Shown here piece by piece: positions 27,098 through 41,204 of a DNA stretch of 64,000 bases (the first letter of the stretch is position 1; each line of letters opens with the position of its first letter). The translations under genes were made by a program, and so were the position numbers. The notes under the pieces were generated by a model that saw only the letters and a list, made by a program, of their open reading frames with translations, was not told the DNA's origin and did not search any database. Source of the stretch: Octopus vulgaris (lineage: Eukaryota); the NCBI GenBank assembly GCA_951406725.2, contig OX597825.1, positions 25,420,001 through 25,484,000 on the forward strand, read 5' to 3'.

Positions 27098-27553
27098 TAT
27101 ACTGTTTAATTATTACTCTTCTATGGAAATTAATTAAATTTGTAAAGAAATTTGTCCATCACTCTATCAATTCTACTAATAATAATTGATACTAAATTGC
27201 TGGGTGTTACGTATAATCGATTTAAACATTTTCTCACTGCTTTAGTCTTAGTCTTGTTATCAACTTGATAAAATATAAAGTTAAAGTCAACCATGGCAAA
27301 TTTGAAGTTGGATCATAAGAGGGAGTAACTCAAAGAATCTCGTCCAACTCTCAATTATCATAAAATTATTGTTAATAGTATTTAATAATAGTTATCGCCA
27401 AGCTACCATGGCAGACCAGAAAAATAGGACGAATGCTGCCGTTGATTAGCTCCAAGAGGCCATCGCTTCTAGCTAGCTATGTGATTCACGAACCTGTGTC
27501 CATTATAATCTTCGAACAGGGGAGGTCAGCTGCTTCCCCTTGCTGGTCTGGCA

Positions 27554-27596
27554 TCTACAGAGTAGTTTCAGAGTATTTGCCCCTTATCAATGTAGA
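27554..27596 (-). ncRNA. minimal type I hammerhead, U3-A8 variant
   Basis: UCUACA-UUGAUAA-GGGG-CAAAUA-CUCU-GAAA-CUAC-UC-UGUAGA. Confidence 0.6.
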
Positions 27597-28053
27597 GTAG
27601 CCGAACCCAGCGACGCCTATTGTTACTAAATAATCTGAAAAACAATAATAATATTAAAATAGCAGAAAAAAGCTATGGAAGTTTAACTGTGAAGTACAGA
27701 GAGGTCAGTAGATTGCACATATGCTTGTCATTGTCCATTAGAAGGCAGCCAGCTTGCAGAATAGTTGGAGCATCGGAAAACCTATTTTGCAGTATTTCTT
27801 CTGACACTTTAAATTCCGTGTCTGAATCTCGCCGAAGTCAGCTTTGCTGTTTATCCTTTTGGGTTAAAATAAACTACCAGTCATGTCTGGTTTCAAAAGT
27901 ATCGACTAAACATCAAACCTAAATTGCTGGGTTTGTGCCAATTATTTTCCATTACAAAAATGTCAATAGAATATATTTTATCATCGACATAGCGACACCA
28001 AATGATTTTTAAAGCTGTACAGAAATGAACTGAAAAGGTAAGAACATTACACA

Positions 28054-28217
28054 AGGCGCAGGCGTGGCTATGTGGTAAGAAGCTTGCTTACCATCTACAT
28101 GATTCCGGGTTCAACCTCTCTGCGTGGGTACCTTGGGCAAGTGTCTTCAACTATAGCCTCGGACCGACTAAAGCCTTGTGAGTGGATTTGGTAGACGAAA
28201 ACTGAAAGAAGCCCGTC

Positions 28218-28268
<51 letters not shown>

Positions 28269-28485
28269 AGTTTGTGTGTCTTTGTGTCTGTGTTTGTCTC
28301 CCCACCATCTCTTGACAACCGATGTCGGTGTTCTTACGTCCCCGTAATTTAGCGGTTCGGCAAAACAGAACGATAGAAGAAGCACTAGGCTTACAAAGAA
28401 TAAGTCCTGCGGTCGATTTCTTCGACTAAAACCCTTAAGACGGTGCTCCAGCATGGTCGCAGTCAAATGACTGAAACATGCAAGA
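28054..28485 (+). mobile_element. SINE family B
   Basis: Full copy. Confidence 0.88.
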
Positions 28486-28897
28486 AAAAAAAAATGATTA
28501 AAAGAATAGTTGTTAAACTAAAAGCATTATGACAAAGAAAGATGTGTTTGTAATCGGTCTAGTTTGGAGTGATAAGCAACTATTTCTTTATAGACATTGA
28601 CAAACTGACTTTGTAGATACACACGTTCTAGAAACTATCAATAGTTAAGTCTTTGACCTTTTGACAGCGTAATTAAATTTCATGGTCATTCCAGTAATGA
28701 TGTTAATTATCCACCCAAAATATAATCGATAGTTTCTGCTTTGGCAATCACTTTTTCAGTATCTCCTGTAGGTACGGTTTTCATATCTAAGACTACTAAA
28801 AGCAGTCAATTCCCGCCCTGTAAAGAGAATAAGTTTTTAGAATTGTGTGGAAAATATACGTGACCGCTACAGTGCTTGCTTGTCACTTACGGAAACT

Positions 28898-29385
<488 letters not shown>

Positions 29386-30159
29386 ATCGAAAAATACCTT
29401 AGGAATGAGAACCCAGGTTCAAAATTTCCCCAAGTCACCCGAAGAAGGCTGGAGGGTATATCAAACAAGATGAGGACAAATATCCGTCGAATGTAAATAA
29501 TGTAAATAATGTAAAAGGAATACAAGTTTGGTGATGAGTAAAATTATGTCCATCAACTATACAATATAAAAGGAAGCGTATCATAAATAGCTAATGGAAA
29601 TTCATAGGATCAGATATGCTAGAACGAGTAAAGGAGAATAGGAGTAAGGAGTTCCAGAGGAAGAAAGAATCGATGGATGCAAAGAAATGAGTTACTGAGA
29701 TTTAACTGATGAAAGACATATTGAAAGTGATGAAAGTGTGAAATTATAATTGTAATTTGAGATAAGCTTGGTAAATGTTTTTGATGGATAAATATTTGTG
29801 GGTTTCTGAAGATAACATAGAAACCCAAAATTAAAGAAATTCTATGCAAACCGTTTGGAGACAAATAATCTTCTAGAAAAAAATTCGGTGATCATAAATG
29901 CGATAAAGTTTGGCTGTAGACACCACCAAATAAATTGCTATGCGAAGTGATGAAACTTGATTTATTTAGAATGGGTAACGACCTATATTAAAATTGGTTG
30001 CATAAACATGGAGAGGCAGACATATGTGTAAACATGAAAGCATACACAGATGTCCATACACGCATACGAGGTTGGGCTGGAAAGATCATAGGCTGTCTAT
30101 GAAGAAGTGATGATAGAGCTGTGAAATCTTGTATGCATTAATTTCGTATATACATATAT

Positions 30160-30323
30160 ACGACGGGCTTCTTTCAATTTCCTTCAGCCAAATCTACTTA
30201 CAAGGCTTTGGTCGGCCCGAGGCTATAGTGGAAGACAGTCGCCCACGGTGCCACGCAGTGGGACTGAACCCGGAACCATGTGGTTCGTAAGCAACCACTT
30301 ACCACACAGCCACTCCTACGCCT
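30160..30323 (-). mobile_element. SINE family B, 5' half
   Basis: Reverse complement of the head and CORE-like segment. Confidence 0.82.
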
Positions 30324-30504
30324 ATTATAAAAAAAACAACATAAGTACCTGTGTTGATACCTGCCCAAAAAACTGAATATTGCATATAGACACAAGAACG
30401 AACACACATCTTGGCACAGATGTTGATACACAACCACACATATTGCAGCTCTCACTTGTAAACGACTATGACATGGTACTAAGTACCAAGCCTTCGCTAG
30501 TTGT

Positions 30505-30723
30505 TTTAGGTGTATATAGTATTACGAGTGATAAAGACACCCTGTCAGCCTGCCTCCTCTCGATCCAGTGGGGTATCGAGGATGAAGGGAAAGAACGCTG
30601 CACCAGAAGTCTGTTGTTCGGCTGCAGCAACGAAAAATGAAACGCATTCATCAAGGACTCAACGTCCGGAATTGAACCCACAACTTCATGCTCCGAAGGC
30701 CAACGTTTTAACCGCTGGTCCAC
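30505..30723 (-). mobile_element. tRNA-derived SINE of a fourth family (Arg-TCG-like head)
   Basis: GTGGACCAGCGGTTAA A-box, CTTCGGA loop, GGTTCAATTCC B-box, non-tRNA body. Confidence 0.55.
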
Positions 30724-30795
30724 ATACCTTTGCCAAGTGCACGTACATATAAATATATATGTACATGTATAAATCCATGCATAAACATGTCTCTG

Positions 30796-30884
<89 letters not shown>

Positions 30885-30886
<2 letters not shown>

Positions 30887-31080
30887 CGTTTTTGGATTTG
30901 GTTTTCAAGATTCTTTATATGAGTTCGTGTGTTGAAGCATATTCTGTTATGTTTGGGGAGAGTCATTTTCTTTTTTTTGCCTTATTATGTAACACACTCA
31001 CCGGTAAAATTTCCACTTTTTTCTTATTTGTATTTTCCTAAAATTTTCGTTGCGTCTTGCAACCTTTTCAATAGTTTTGA
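30885..31080 (-). mobile_element. short PLE-type insert: HHR plus conserved terminal motif, in (TA)n
   Basis: HHR at 31038-31074 and 34-nt motif at 30905-30938. Confidence 0.65.
31038..31074 (-). ncRNA. minimal hammerhead, U3-A8 variant
   Basis: CUA-UUGAAAA-G-GUUGC-AAGAC-GCAAC-GAAA-AU-UU-UAG. Confidence 0.6.
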
Positions 31081-31175
31081 TATATATATATGTTTTGGGC
31101 GAAATGCCCCTAAGCATTTCGTTCATTGTGTTAACGATTCTACCAGCTCGCCACCTTTAAATGATAATGATGATG

Positions 31176-31250
<75 letters not shown>

Positions 31251-32012
31251 GGAGGGTTCTGAGCACTTGAAAGACTGCTGAAAACTTGTAGATTCCTAAG
31301 GTTACAGGTAGTAACCCACTACCCACATAAGTCCTGCCAGGAATAAGACCAACCTGAACTAAACCAAAATAATGATACATACATACATACATACATACAT
31401 ACATACATACATACATACATACATACAAACACATATACATACATACATACATACATACATACAGACATACATACATACATACTTACGTACCTACACACAT
31501 ATGCGTGTGTGTATATATATAAGCGTGACTGCATGTATGTGAGCGTCTGTGTGGCTTGATTTGTTTTTAAATTCTAATAAATCGAACATATCGATTCTCC
31601 TTTAATATAGTTAATCACTATGAAAGCGATATTTGATTATGGACAAAACTAATTATAAGGGCTTTGGTAGCTCTGTATTACTGTAAATTATAATGAATAT
31701 TTTTAGTAGGGAAGTTAAGTAGTAAGAATATAAATCTGAAGATTTAACATTTGAGTTAGAAGCGACTCTATAATGTAAACGTTGTAAGCTCTATGATCTA
31801 AATGTAATGCATACATCAATTGCTTTGAAGTATGCTATGTTTTCAATATACTACGCCCAAAAGCGTTTAACATGAGACATACATTAAGAACGTGTGACAT
31901 AGATAATATTTACATTACACAGATGCTTTTAACTCAAAATTAAAATTTTGTTTTACTTGCGTAGCGCAGTAGTAAGTCAGCTGATAGATTTTTACTCTAT
32001 CTGTCTATATTT

Positions 32013-32113
32013 CGGGCGGGCGGGCTGGTAATTTGATTTCCTCTTGAGGGTCATTCGATTATACGGAACTGATGAGCTGAAGTAAAAGCGAAATCTCGAT
32101 ACCATTCGTTCGT
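32013..32113 (+). ncRNA. type III hammerhead-like motif with extended closing helix
   Basis: UUGAGGGUC-A-UUCG-AUUAUA-CGGA-A-CUGAUGA-GCU-GAAGUAAA-AGC-GAAA-UCUCGA. Confidence 0.55.
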
Positions 32114-32388
32114 GTTCACCCCCGGGGCGATTCATTACGCCTGGGTTTGAAGAATATTGGTGCTTCTCAACACACTGCGACTTTAAAAGGAGATTCCCTG
32201 AACGAAATACTGCAGCCAAAAAGCATTTAGCAACACTCATACAAGAAGTATGTGGCATCGATAACACACACACAACCATATATATCTGAATAGATCCATA
32301 TATATATACATATAAATGTCTATATTTAAGCAAGTATGTATGTATCTATTTATTTATGTGTGTATATGTATATATACATATACACATC

Positions 32389-32439
<51 letters not shown>

Positions 32440-32442
<3 letters not shown>

Positions 32443-32846
32443 TCTTTTACTCTTTTAGTTGTTTCAGTCATTTGACTGCGGCCAAGCTGGAGCACCGCCT
32501 TTAGTCGAGCAAATCGACCCCAGGACTTATTCTTTGTAAGCCCAGTACTTATTCTATCGGTCTCTTTTGCCGAATCGCTAAGTGACGGGGACGTAAACAC
32601 ACCAGCATCGGTTGTCAAGCAATGCTAGGGGGACAAACACAGACACACAAACATATACACACACACTTATATATATATACATATATACGACAGGCCTCTT
32701 TCAGTTTCCGTCTACCAAATCCACTCATAAGGCTTTGGTCGGCCCGAGGCTATAGTAGAAGACACCTGCCCAAGGTGCCACGCAGTGGGACTGAACCCGG
32801 AATCAGGTGGCAGGTAAGCAAGCTACTTACCACACAGCCACTCCTA
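32440..32846 (-). mobile_element. SINE family B
   Basis: Near-full reverse-complement copy. Confidence 0.88.
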
Positions 32847-33579
32847 TATATATATAAACGTATACGTGCCCGTGAATGTGTGAATTTATGTGACCTTCAA
32901 ACCTATATGTGTGTGTGTGTGTGTGTGTCTGTGTGCTCACTTATCATTACTGAAGACGAAACTCATTTCTTCTTATCAGTAAAAGACTGTCATTCTATCT
33001 GACAAGGATTTGTTTCTCGTTCGCTTAACGCCACGAAAACCAAGATAAACCACTACCGTTGATATCTAAATACGATAAAAAATAAAATTGATGGAATAAT
33101 TCGTCTTTCTGTCAGTTGGCTGTTAACTATATCATTTTTACATTTTTTCTTAATATCGTAATTCTCAAAAAAAAAAAAAAAAAAAAAAATGGTATTTCCA
33201 AAAGAATAATTTTTGAAAAGGAAAAAATAAATGGTATAAATAAGATGAAGTGTAGGTATGTCTTGGTCGAGCTGGTTCGGACGTGCTGGAATCTCTGACA
33301 TCAACTTTCATGACCTTGCATCGCATAGGAACCGTAAGGTGAACAGAGTGCCACACTTCACCCTACAAAGCTGCTGTATGAAGGCTTTTGCTAGACGATT
33401 GATCCGTGTATGTCTTTGTAGAGGTGTCTCTAAGGGTGGATCAATAACGATTTCCTGCTCAGCCTTTCAGCAATGTTTTGCAAATTGCATTCGGTTCACT
33501 CATCTCTCTCTCTCTCTCTCTCCCTTTCTATCTCTCTCCCTTTCTCTCTCTCTCCTTTTCTCTTTCCCGTTCTGTCTCT

Positions 33580-33850
33580 TATGTTTTACTTGCTTCGGTC
33601 ATTGGAGATCGGCTATGCAGGGGCACAGGTTTGAAGGGTTTACTTGATAGAAATCGAACCCCAATTCTAATTTTTTAAAAGTCTGGTACTTATTCTCTCT
33701 GTCTCTTTATGCCGAACCGCTTCTTCTATTAAGACATCAACAAACCAATACCGATTGTCAAGCTGTGGAGTGGGGGACAGAACAAATACAAAATATAAAC
33801 ATGCTCAAACTCACGCACACATATATTCGACGGGTATCCACACAGTTCAC
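33580..33850 (-). mobile_element. diverged SINE family B
   Basis: Degenerate tail and body. Confidence 0.6.
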
Positions 33851-33888
33851 ACAGTGAAATGCCCCCTTTACACACACACAGAGGAAAT

Positions 33889-33944
<56 letters not shown>

Positions 33945-33982
33945 GTAGTACTACGACTACTACTACTAGCAGCAGCAATAGT

Positions 33983-34195
33983 AAGGCAGCGAGCTGGCAA
34001 AATCGTTAGGACGCCGGACAAAGTCCTCAACAGTATTTTGCCCTACTTTACGTTCTGAGTTCAAATTCCGCCGGGGTCCATTTTGACTTTCGTCCTTTCG
34101 GGGTCGATAAAATAAGTACCAGTTGAGTACTGGGGCCGTAATCAACTTAATTTCTTCCTCAAAATTGTTGACCTTGCGCCAAAATTTGAAACCAT
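33983..34195 (+). mobile_element. SINE family C
   Basis: Head and Nin-like domain. Confidence 0.8.
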
Positions 34196-34525
34196 TATTA
34201 TTTGCCAGATTCTGAATCACGAACTTTATATATTATTGTTGTTTTATTGTTTTGTTCTTGTTGTTTTATTGTTTTGTTCTTGTTGTTTTATTGTTTTGTT
34301 CTTGTTGTTCTTCTCCTCATACTTCCTCGCCTTATGGTTGCAATTGTAATTAAATACTTCATCAATGACCAAAAGTCATTAATTAATGCAAAGAGGCAGG
34401 CAAGATAACAATTTTCATATAGCAAATACATACATGCATATATAATGCGTACACATACATAAGCACTCATTCACATATATACACATACATAGACACATAC
34501 ATACATACATACATACATACATACA

Positions 34526-34605
<80 letters not shown>

Positions 34606-34751
34606 TAGTTAGATAGATACATATACATTCATATATAAATACATATATAATACGTTAATACCTACACATACATATGCATACATTCACATACATACACATA
34701 CATACATAAACACATACATACATACATACATACATACATACATACATACAT

Positions 34752-34782
<31 letters not shown>

Positions 34783-35159
34783 GATAGATACATACATACA
34801 GACATATACATTCATATATAAATGCATGTATAATACGTTAATACCTACACATACATATGCATACATTCACATACATACACATGCAAATGCATACACATAG
34901 ATACGTAGACACTTACATACATATATACATACATATATACAGATACATATTCATTCATATATAAATGTACGTATGCATGCATATATGCATACGAAGTACA
35001 TACATACATGTATACATCCATAAACATTTATATGTGAATGTTCGTGTGCATATATACATATAAACACACATAACACACATAGAGACACCTGCATACATAC
35101 ATGCATACATACATAGAAACATATATACATACAATACATACTTATGTACATACATACAA

Positions 35160-36102
35160 TACATAGAAACATACAAACATAAATACAAACATACATACAT
35201 ACAAACATACAAACATACATACACACATACAAACATGCATACAAAATGCATACAAACATACATACAAACATACATACATACAAACATACAAACATACATA
35301 CAAACATACATACACACATACATACAAACATGCATACAAACATGCATACAAAATGCATACAAACATACATACATACAAACATACAAACATACATACACAC
35401 ATACATACAAATATGCATACAAACATGCATACAAGCATACATACAAACATACATACAAACATACATACATACAAACATACAAACATACATACACACATAC
35501 ATACAAATATGCATACAAACATGCATACAAGCATACATACAAACATACATACAAACATACATTAAAACATACATACATTCATACAAACATGCATACATAC
35601 ACACAAACATGCATACATACAAACATACATACATACACACATACAAACATACATACAAACATACATACACACATACATACAAACATGCATACAAACATAC
35701 ATACATACATACATACAAACATGCATACAAAATGCATACAAACATACATACACACATACATACAAACATACATTAAAACATACATACATTCATACAAACA
35801 TGCATACATACATACAAACATGCATACATACAAACATACATACATACAAACATACAAACATACATACAAACATACATACACACATACATACAAACATGCA
35901 TACAAACATACATACAAACATACATACAAACATGCATACAAAATGCATACAAACATACATACACACATACATACAAACATACATTAAAACATACATACAT
36001 TCATACAAACATGCATGCATACATACAAACATGCATACATACAAACATACATACATACAAACATACATACAACCATACATATATACATAAAAACATACAT
36101 AC
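35160..36102. repeat. ACAT/ACAA microsatellite with higher-order periodicity of 211 bp and about 96 bp
   Basis: Marker ATTAAAACAT at 35561, 35772 and 35983. Confidence 0.9.
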
Positions 36103-36221
36103 AATAGAATTCAATTAGAGGTTATGTTGGCCTCCTTTAAATAAACTCACTTGGTAATATTTATATATGTTTGACTATTATTCACACAACTACTTTTTAT
36201 TAATAAAAATATTACATCTTT

Positions 36222-36549
36222 TTTACGGAGATGTACTCGCATAGCAAGTAATTTGATCTGAGATCGTGTGCTGAAACGAAAACAATTGTAGCGTGGAAGG
36301 TGTTTATAAGCCATTTAAGAAACACACAAAAGCCGTTCGATTCACTTCAACATTTAAGTTTAATTTGTCAAAATATTTTCGTCGCTAAAATCCGCGACCT
36401 GTTCACTGCACGGATTTTTGTCAGTGAACAGGTCGCGGATTTTAGCGACGAAAATATTTTGACAAATTAAACTTAAATGTTGGAGTGAATCGAACGGCTT
36501 TTGTGTGTTTCTTAAATGGCTTATAAACACCTTCCACGCTGCAATTGTT
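36222..36549. mobile_element. foldback PLE-type insert with 14-bp TSD
   Basis: 128-bp arms at 36281-36408/36422-36549; TSD AATATTACATCTTT at 36208-36221 and 36550-36563. Confidence 0.9.
36417..36466 (+). ncRNA. minimal hammerhead, G3-C8 variant
   Basis: UUUGUCA-GUGAACA-G-GUCGC-GGAUUUUA-GCGAC-GAAA-AUAU-UU-UGACAAA. Confidence 0.7.
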
Positions 36550-36812
36550 AATATTACATCTTTAACTACAAAATAGTACTTGATGTTCATACACATTTTG
36601 ATATTTATATATTTGATATCTTTATACTTTCAGTTAAATATATATATTCATGTAGATTATTTAATTCAATTATCATTTATATTATTATATTACCCCTCCA
36701 TTACACCTATATTTAGTATCATTTTATACCAATCACCATAAATAACCAATCTATTTGTAAACACCATGAGTAACCTTCTACCAATATTTGAGCATACACA
36801 ATTGCTTTTATA

Positions 36813-37292
<480 letters not shown>

Positions 37293-37821
37293 CGACTTTT
37301 ATTCTAACCTTTAGAATAGACACACTTGTCAACACCTCCATCAGTTTGATTATTATTCACACAACTACCTTTCATTAATAACCATATTAACACATCATAA
37401 ACAAGAAAACAATACCTGGTATGCACTCACGTTTTTATATTTATATATTTTACACCTTTACTCTTTTATTTTAATATACTTGCATGCATGTGTGTATGTA
37501 CATATATCGGCATGTGACTGTGTGTAGATAGGTTGCTAGTACAGGCATATATCTGTATATGTGTGTGTGTTCACGTGTATGGGAACATGTGAACATTTGT
37601 GAATATGTTTGTATGGATATATGCATAGATCTACGTGCAGGTGCATTCATATATAGATATATATATATATATTTGAATGCATATGTATAGGTTGCCAGTA
37701 CATATATGCAAGTGCATTTAAATGTGCTTTATTCTATGTATATTTGTACACATATATGTATACACGGGTATGTGTGTTTATGTGTATGTACATGCGCTTA
37801 AGTACTATGTTTCTGTGAGTG

Positions 37822-37920
<99 letters not shown>

Positions 37921-38117
37921 GTAATAATAATAATAATATTTGACCAAACACACTTAACAATATTATAAATGTCTGATCAATACCTTAGTATTATTTAATC
38001 ACATTATTTTTGATTGAATTGGTAACTAAACTTATGTAGATTACTTAATTATTATTCAATCACCTTTGTTTTGTTTTGGCAACCAAACTTATTCCAAGTT
38101 ATAATTATATAAATATG

Positions 38118-38841
38118 CTAGCAGCTAAGCCCGGGTTCACCCGGTCAGTTTGGATAATGTGGCTGTAAAACCTGCTCTGTGTAAGCATCCGACTTGTTTG
38201 GGCACGCTTACGTTAAGATAACAATTCTAGAATGACTTTTTTCTGTGTAAACGCTAAAAATAACTGACCAACAACCACAAAAAAAAACAACAACCAAGAT
38301 TCAACCAAATCAAAAAATAAGCCCAAATAGTAAGCGAACAAAGATGCAAGACATAAAGATGTCAAACAACAGAAACAAACATAAAAAATAAAACAAAAAT
38401 TAAAAGAAATAAAAAATGGTTAAAAATCTTTTAAATTTTCGAAGGTAAAAAAAACAACAAAAAATGACTGGAAAACATTAAATACATCATCCTCAATATT
38501 ATACAAAATTTAAAAACCGAAAGAAAACCAAAAGAGTTGAAATGCTGTTTGATTTATATTTTCAGCGTACTATTTTCCTCATCTCATTACCAAGTATGAC
38601 ATCACCCCTTTCTTCCTTATTCATCTATCACCCCTTCCTTTCTTATTCATAAACACAAGAGTATTATTATAGTAGATTATCTCGGTAACTATAGGTGCTA
38701 TGGAAAATAATACAAAGCCCAGAAACACCACCGGATCATTTTACACACATCTGTGTAATTCTTCGCGCAATTCGACCCAGCCGTTTGACCGTGAATCCCA
38801 AGACAAGAACGAATCGCCCATATCAAATTTATATGTATAGA
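38118..38841 (-). mobile_element. non-autonomous Helitron-like element
   Basis: 3' CTAG at 38118-38121 preceded by hairpin CCGGGT-TC-ACCCGG; A|TC 5' ends at 38676 and 38841. Confidence 0.6.
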
Positions 38842-39456
38842 TAAACATAAATGTAATATTAAACACATTCATAAGAAAAAATCTCACATAATTCTCTCCG
38901 CTCTTACATTATACTAGTATAAGATTGATAATGAAACACAAACCCATTATTCACAAATAAACATCTAAATAAACCGTTAGATCAATTTAACTTCCCTAGA
39001 AATGCTATCTGGTTTGAAAACACATTTAAAATTCTACTAACCAATCGAATTTAACTGATCTAAAGGGATCTATATACTACTTTCTTCTTAGGGGTGAGGA
39101 ATGATAAATAGTGTAAACATATTTACGCGTGTGTATGTACGCGTATATTTGTATGCGTCTCACACATTCACATATAAACAGCCAACACCACACAAACACA
39201 ACACACACAATCGCATACACACACACACACAATCGCATACACACACACACACACACAGACTTGTGCGCACGCATATACCCACACATACACACTCATACCT
39301 CCTTCTCTTACACTCTCCTATCTTAGAAAGAACTTTTTCTTCACCCGTTCTCTTCCGATCATTTCAAAATGTAGCCACATGTGAATCGTTGGCAAGTTTT
39401 TTTTCCTCCGTCTTACTTTTCTCTTGGACTTTCCCCCGTTTTGCAATGATATTGGT

Positions 39457-39665
39457 TTCAAATTTTGGAATACGGCTAGAAATTTAGGGAGTGGAGGTAA
39501 GTCGATTACATCGACCCCCTACCCCCCAGTGTTCCACTGGTCCTTGTTTTATCGACCTCGAACGGTATGAAAAGAAAAATCGGTCTCTGCAGAATTTGAA
39601 CTCAGAACCTAAAGATAAACGATATGGCACTAAGGATTTTGTCCAGCGTGTTAACAATTCTGCCA
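39457..39665 (-). mobile_element. diverged SINE family C
   Basis: Reverse complement of the family body. Confidence 0.65.
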
Positions 39666-40429
39666 ACGATTCTGTTTTACGACAATGTTAACAACAACAA
39701 CAACAGCAACAAAATCATCGACAACAATAACAACAACAACAACAACAATAACAAGATAAAGAAAATCAACAGTAACAGTCACATCAACAATAGAAGCCAG
39801 GAGTAATGGCACCAGGAAAAGAAAAAAAAACAACAACAAAACTAATAAAAACGATAGCAAATAAAAGAAAAAGAACATAAGCAGTATCAACAACAACAAC
39901 AACAACAACAACAGCAATAATAACAACAACAACAATAACAATAACATTTACAAAAGAAATAACAACAATATATTCAGATACACGTTGCCGTCTTGTTTTT
40001 ACTGCCAAAATAATTAATTGTAAACGAAAGGTACCTATTTGGTAGATGAAAATTTGTGGGAATTCTTCCATCTTGTTAACAGACTGGTAAAGTATTATAA
40101 ACAATTAACATAGGTGGCAGTAGCAGTAACTGTAGAGGCAGCAGCAGCAGAAGCAGCAGCGGCACCATCTCCACCATCACCGCCACTAACACCTTCACCA
40201 CCACTACCTTCACCACCACCACCACCACCATCTTCACTACCACCACTACTACCACCACCACCACCACCGCCGCCGCCGCCAGCACCAGCGTTTACTAAAA
40301 CCACTAACACCAGCACCACCACCACCACTACGAACACATCCACCACAAATCACGACCACCACCACACAACCACCCATCACAATCACTACCACAAATATTG
40401 GCATTGAAAGAAAGAACTTGATAGTACAT

Positions 40430-40475
<46 letters not shown>

Positions 40476-41204
40476 GTAGTAGTAGTAGTAGTAGCGGTAA
40501 TAGTTGTAACATTACAACACATAATGACATTAATCATCCTGAAACGGTAAACGAACCTCAATGTCTGTGGTAATCAACTTTCTTCCCTTTTGAAGGACTA
40601 CTATTGATTTGAATAAATTTTCTCTGGGACTTTTGTAAAGTCAGTCTCTTTAATAAACTGCTTTCTATTAATTAGCAACTAACTCATTTACCCAGTTTTG
40701 ATCTGTTAATTGGAAAAAGAGAACTTAATATTTAATTTTATATGACTGAATAACTATTCATTTTACACAGGAGCTTTTAGAATTTTAAACACGTCTTAAT
40801 GACTCCACAGTCGCAATTTTGTTGACACATCCAGGGTTCCGCAGACCCTTTTTTGGCAATCACCAATCAATGTATGTTTTTGTATGTTAGAAATTGAAGC
40901 CAACTTTCCTTTAAATCTTCGCTGGAAATGGACGCATTGACTAACGTTCTGATGTGACGTTTTGAATAACGTTCTAATAGTCCTAAATATATAGATAGAA
41001 AAAAGGGTCAAAGGTCCTTTCCCAGCACTAGGATCATAAAGCAGGTTTCCTGGATTCTGAGGCGTATGTGAATAAAGCTGTATTGCCAGAGATCCTAGAA
41101 GACACACACACACAGAGGAGACAACGGATTTTATGTAATATATATATATATATATATATATATCAGGGTCGATAAAATAAGTACAAGTTAAGCTCTGCTA
41201 CACA

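Noticed and set aside
33258-33647. 129-aa ORF in moderately complex sequence
   Set aside because: No recognisable motif; it runs into a (CT)n tract and a SINE
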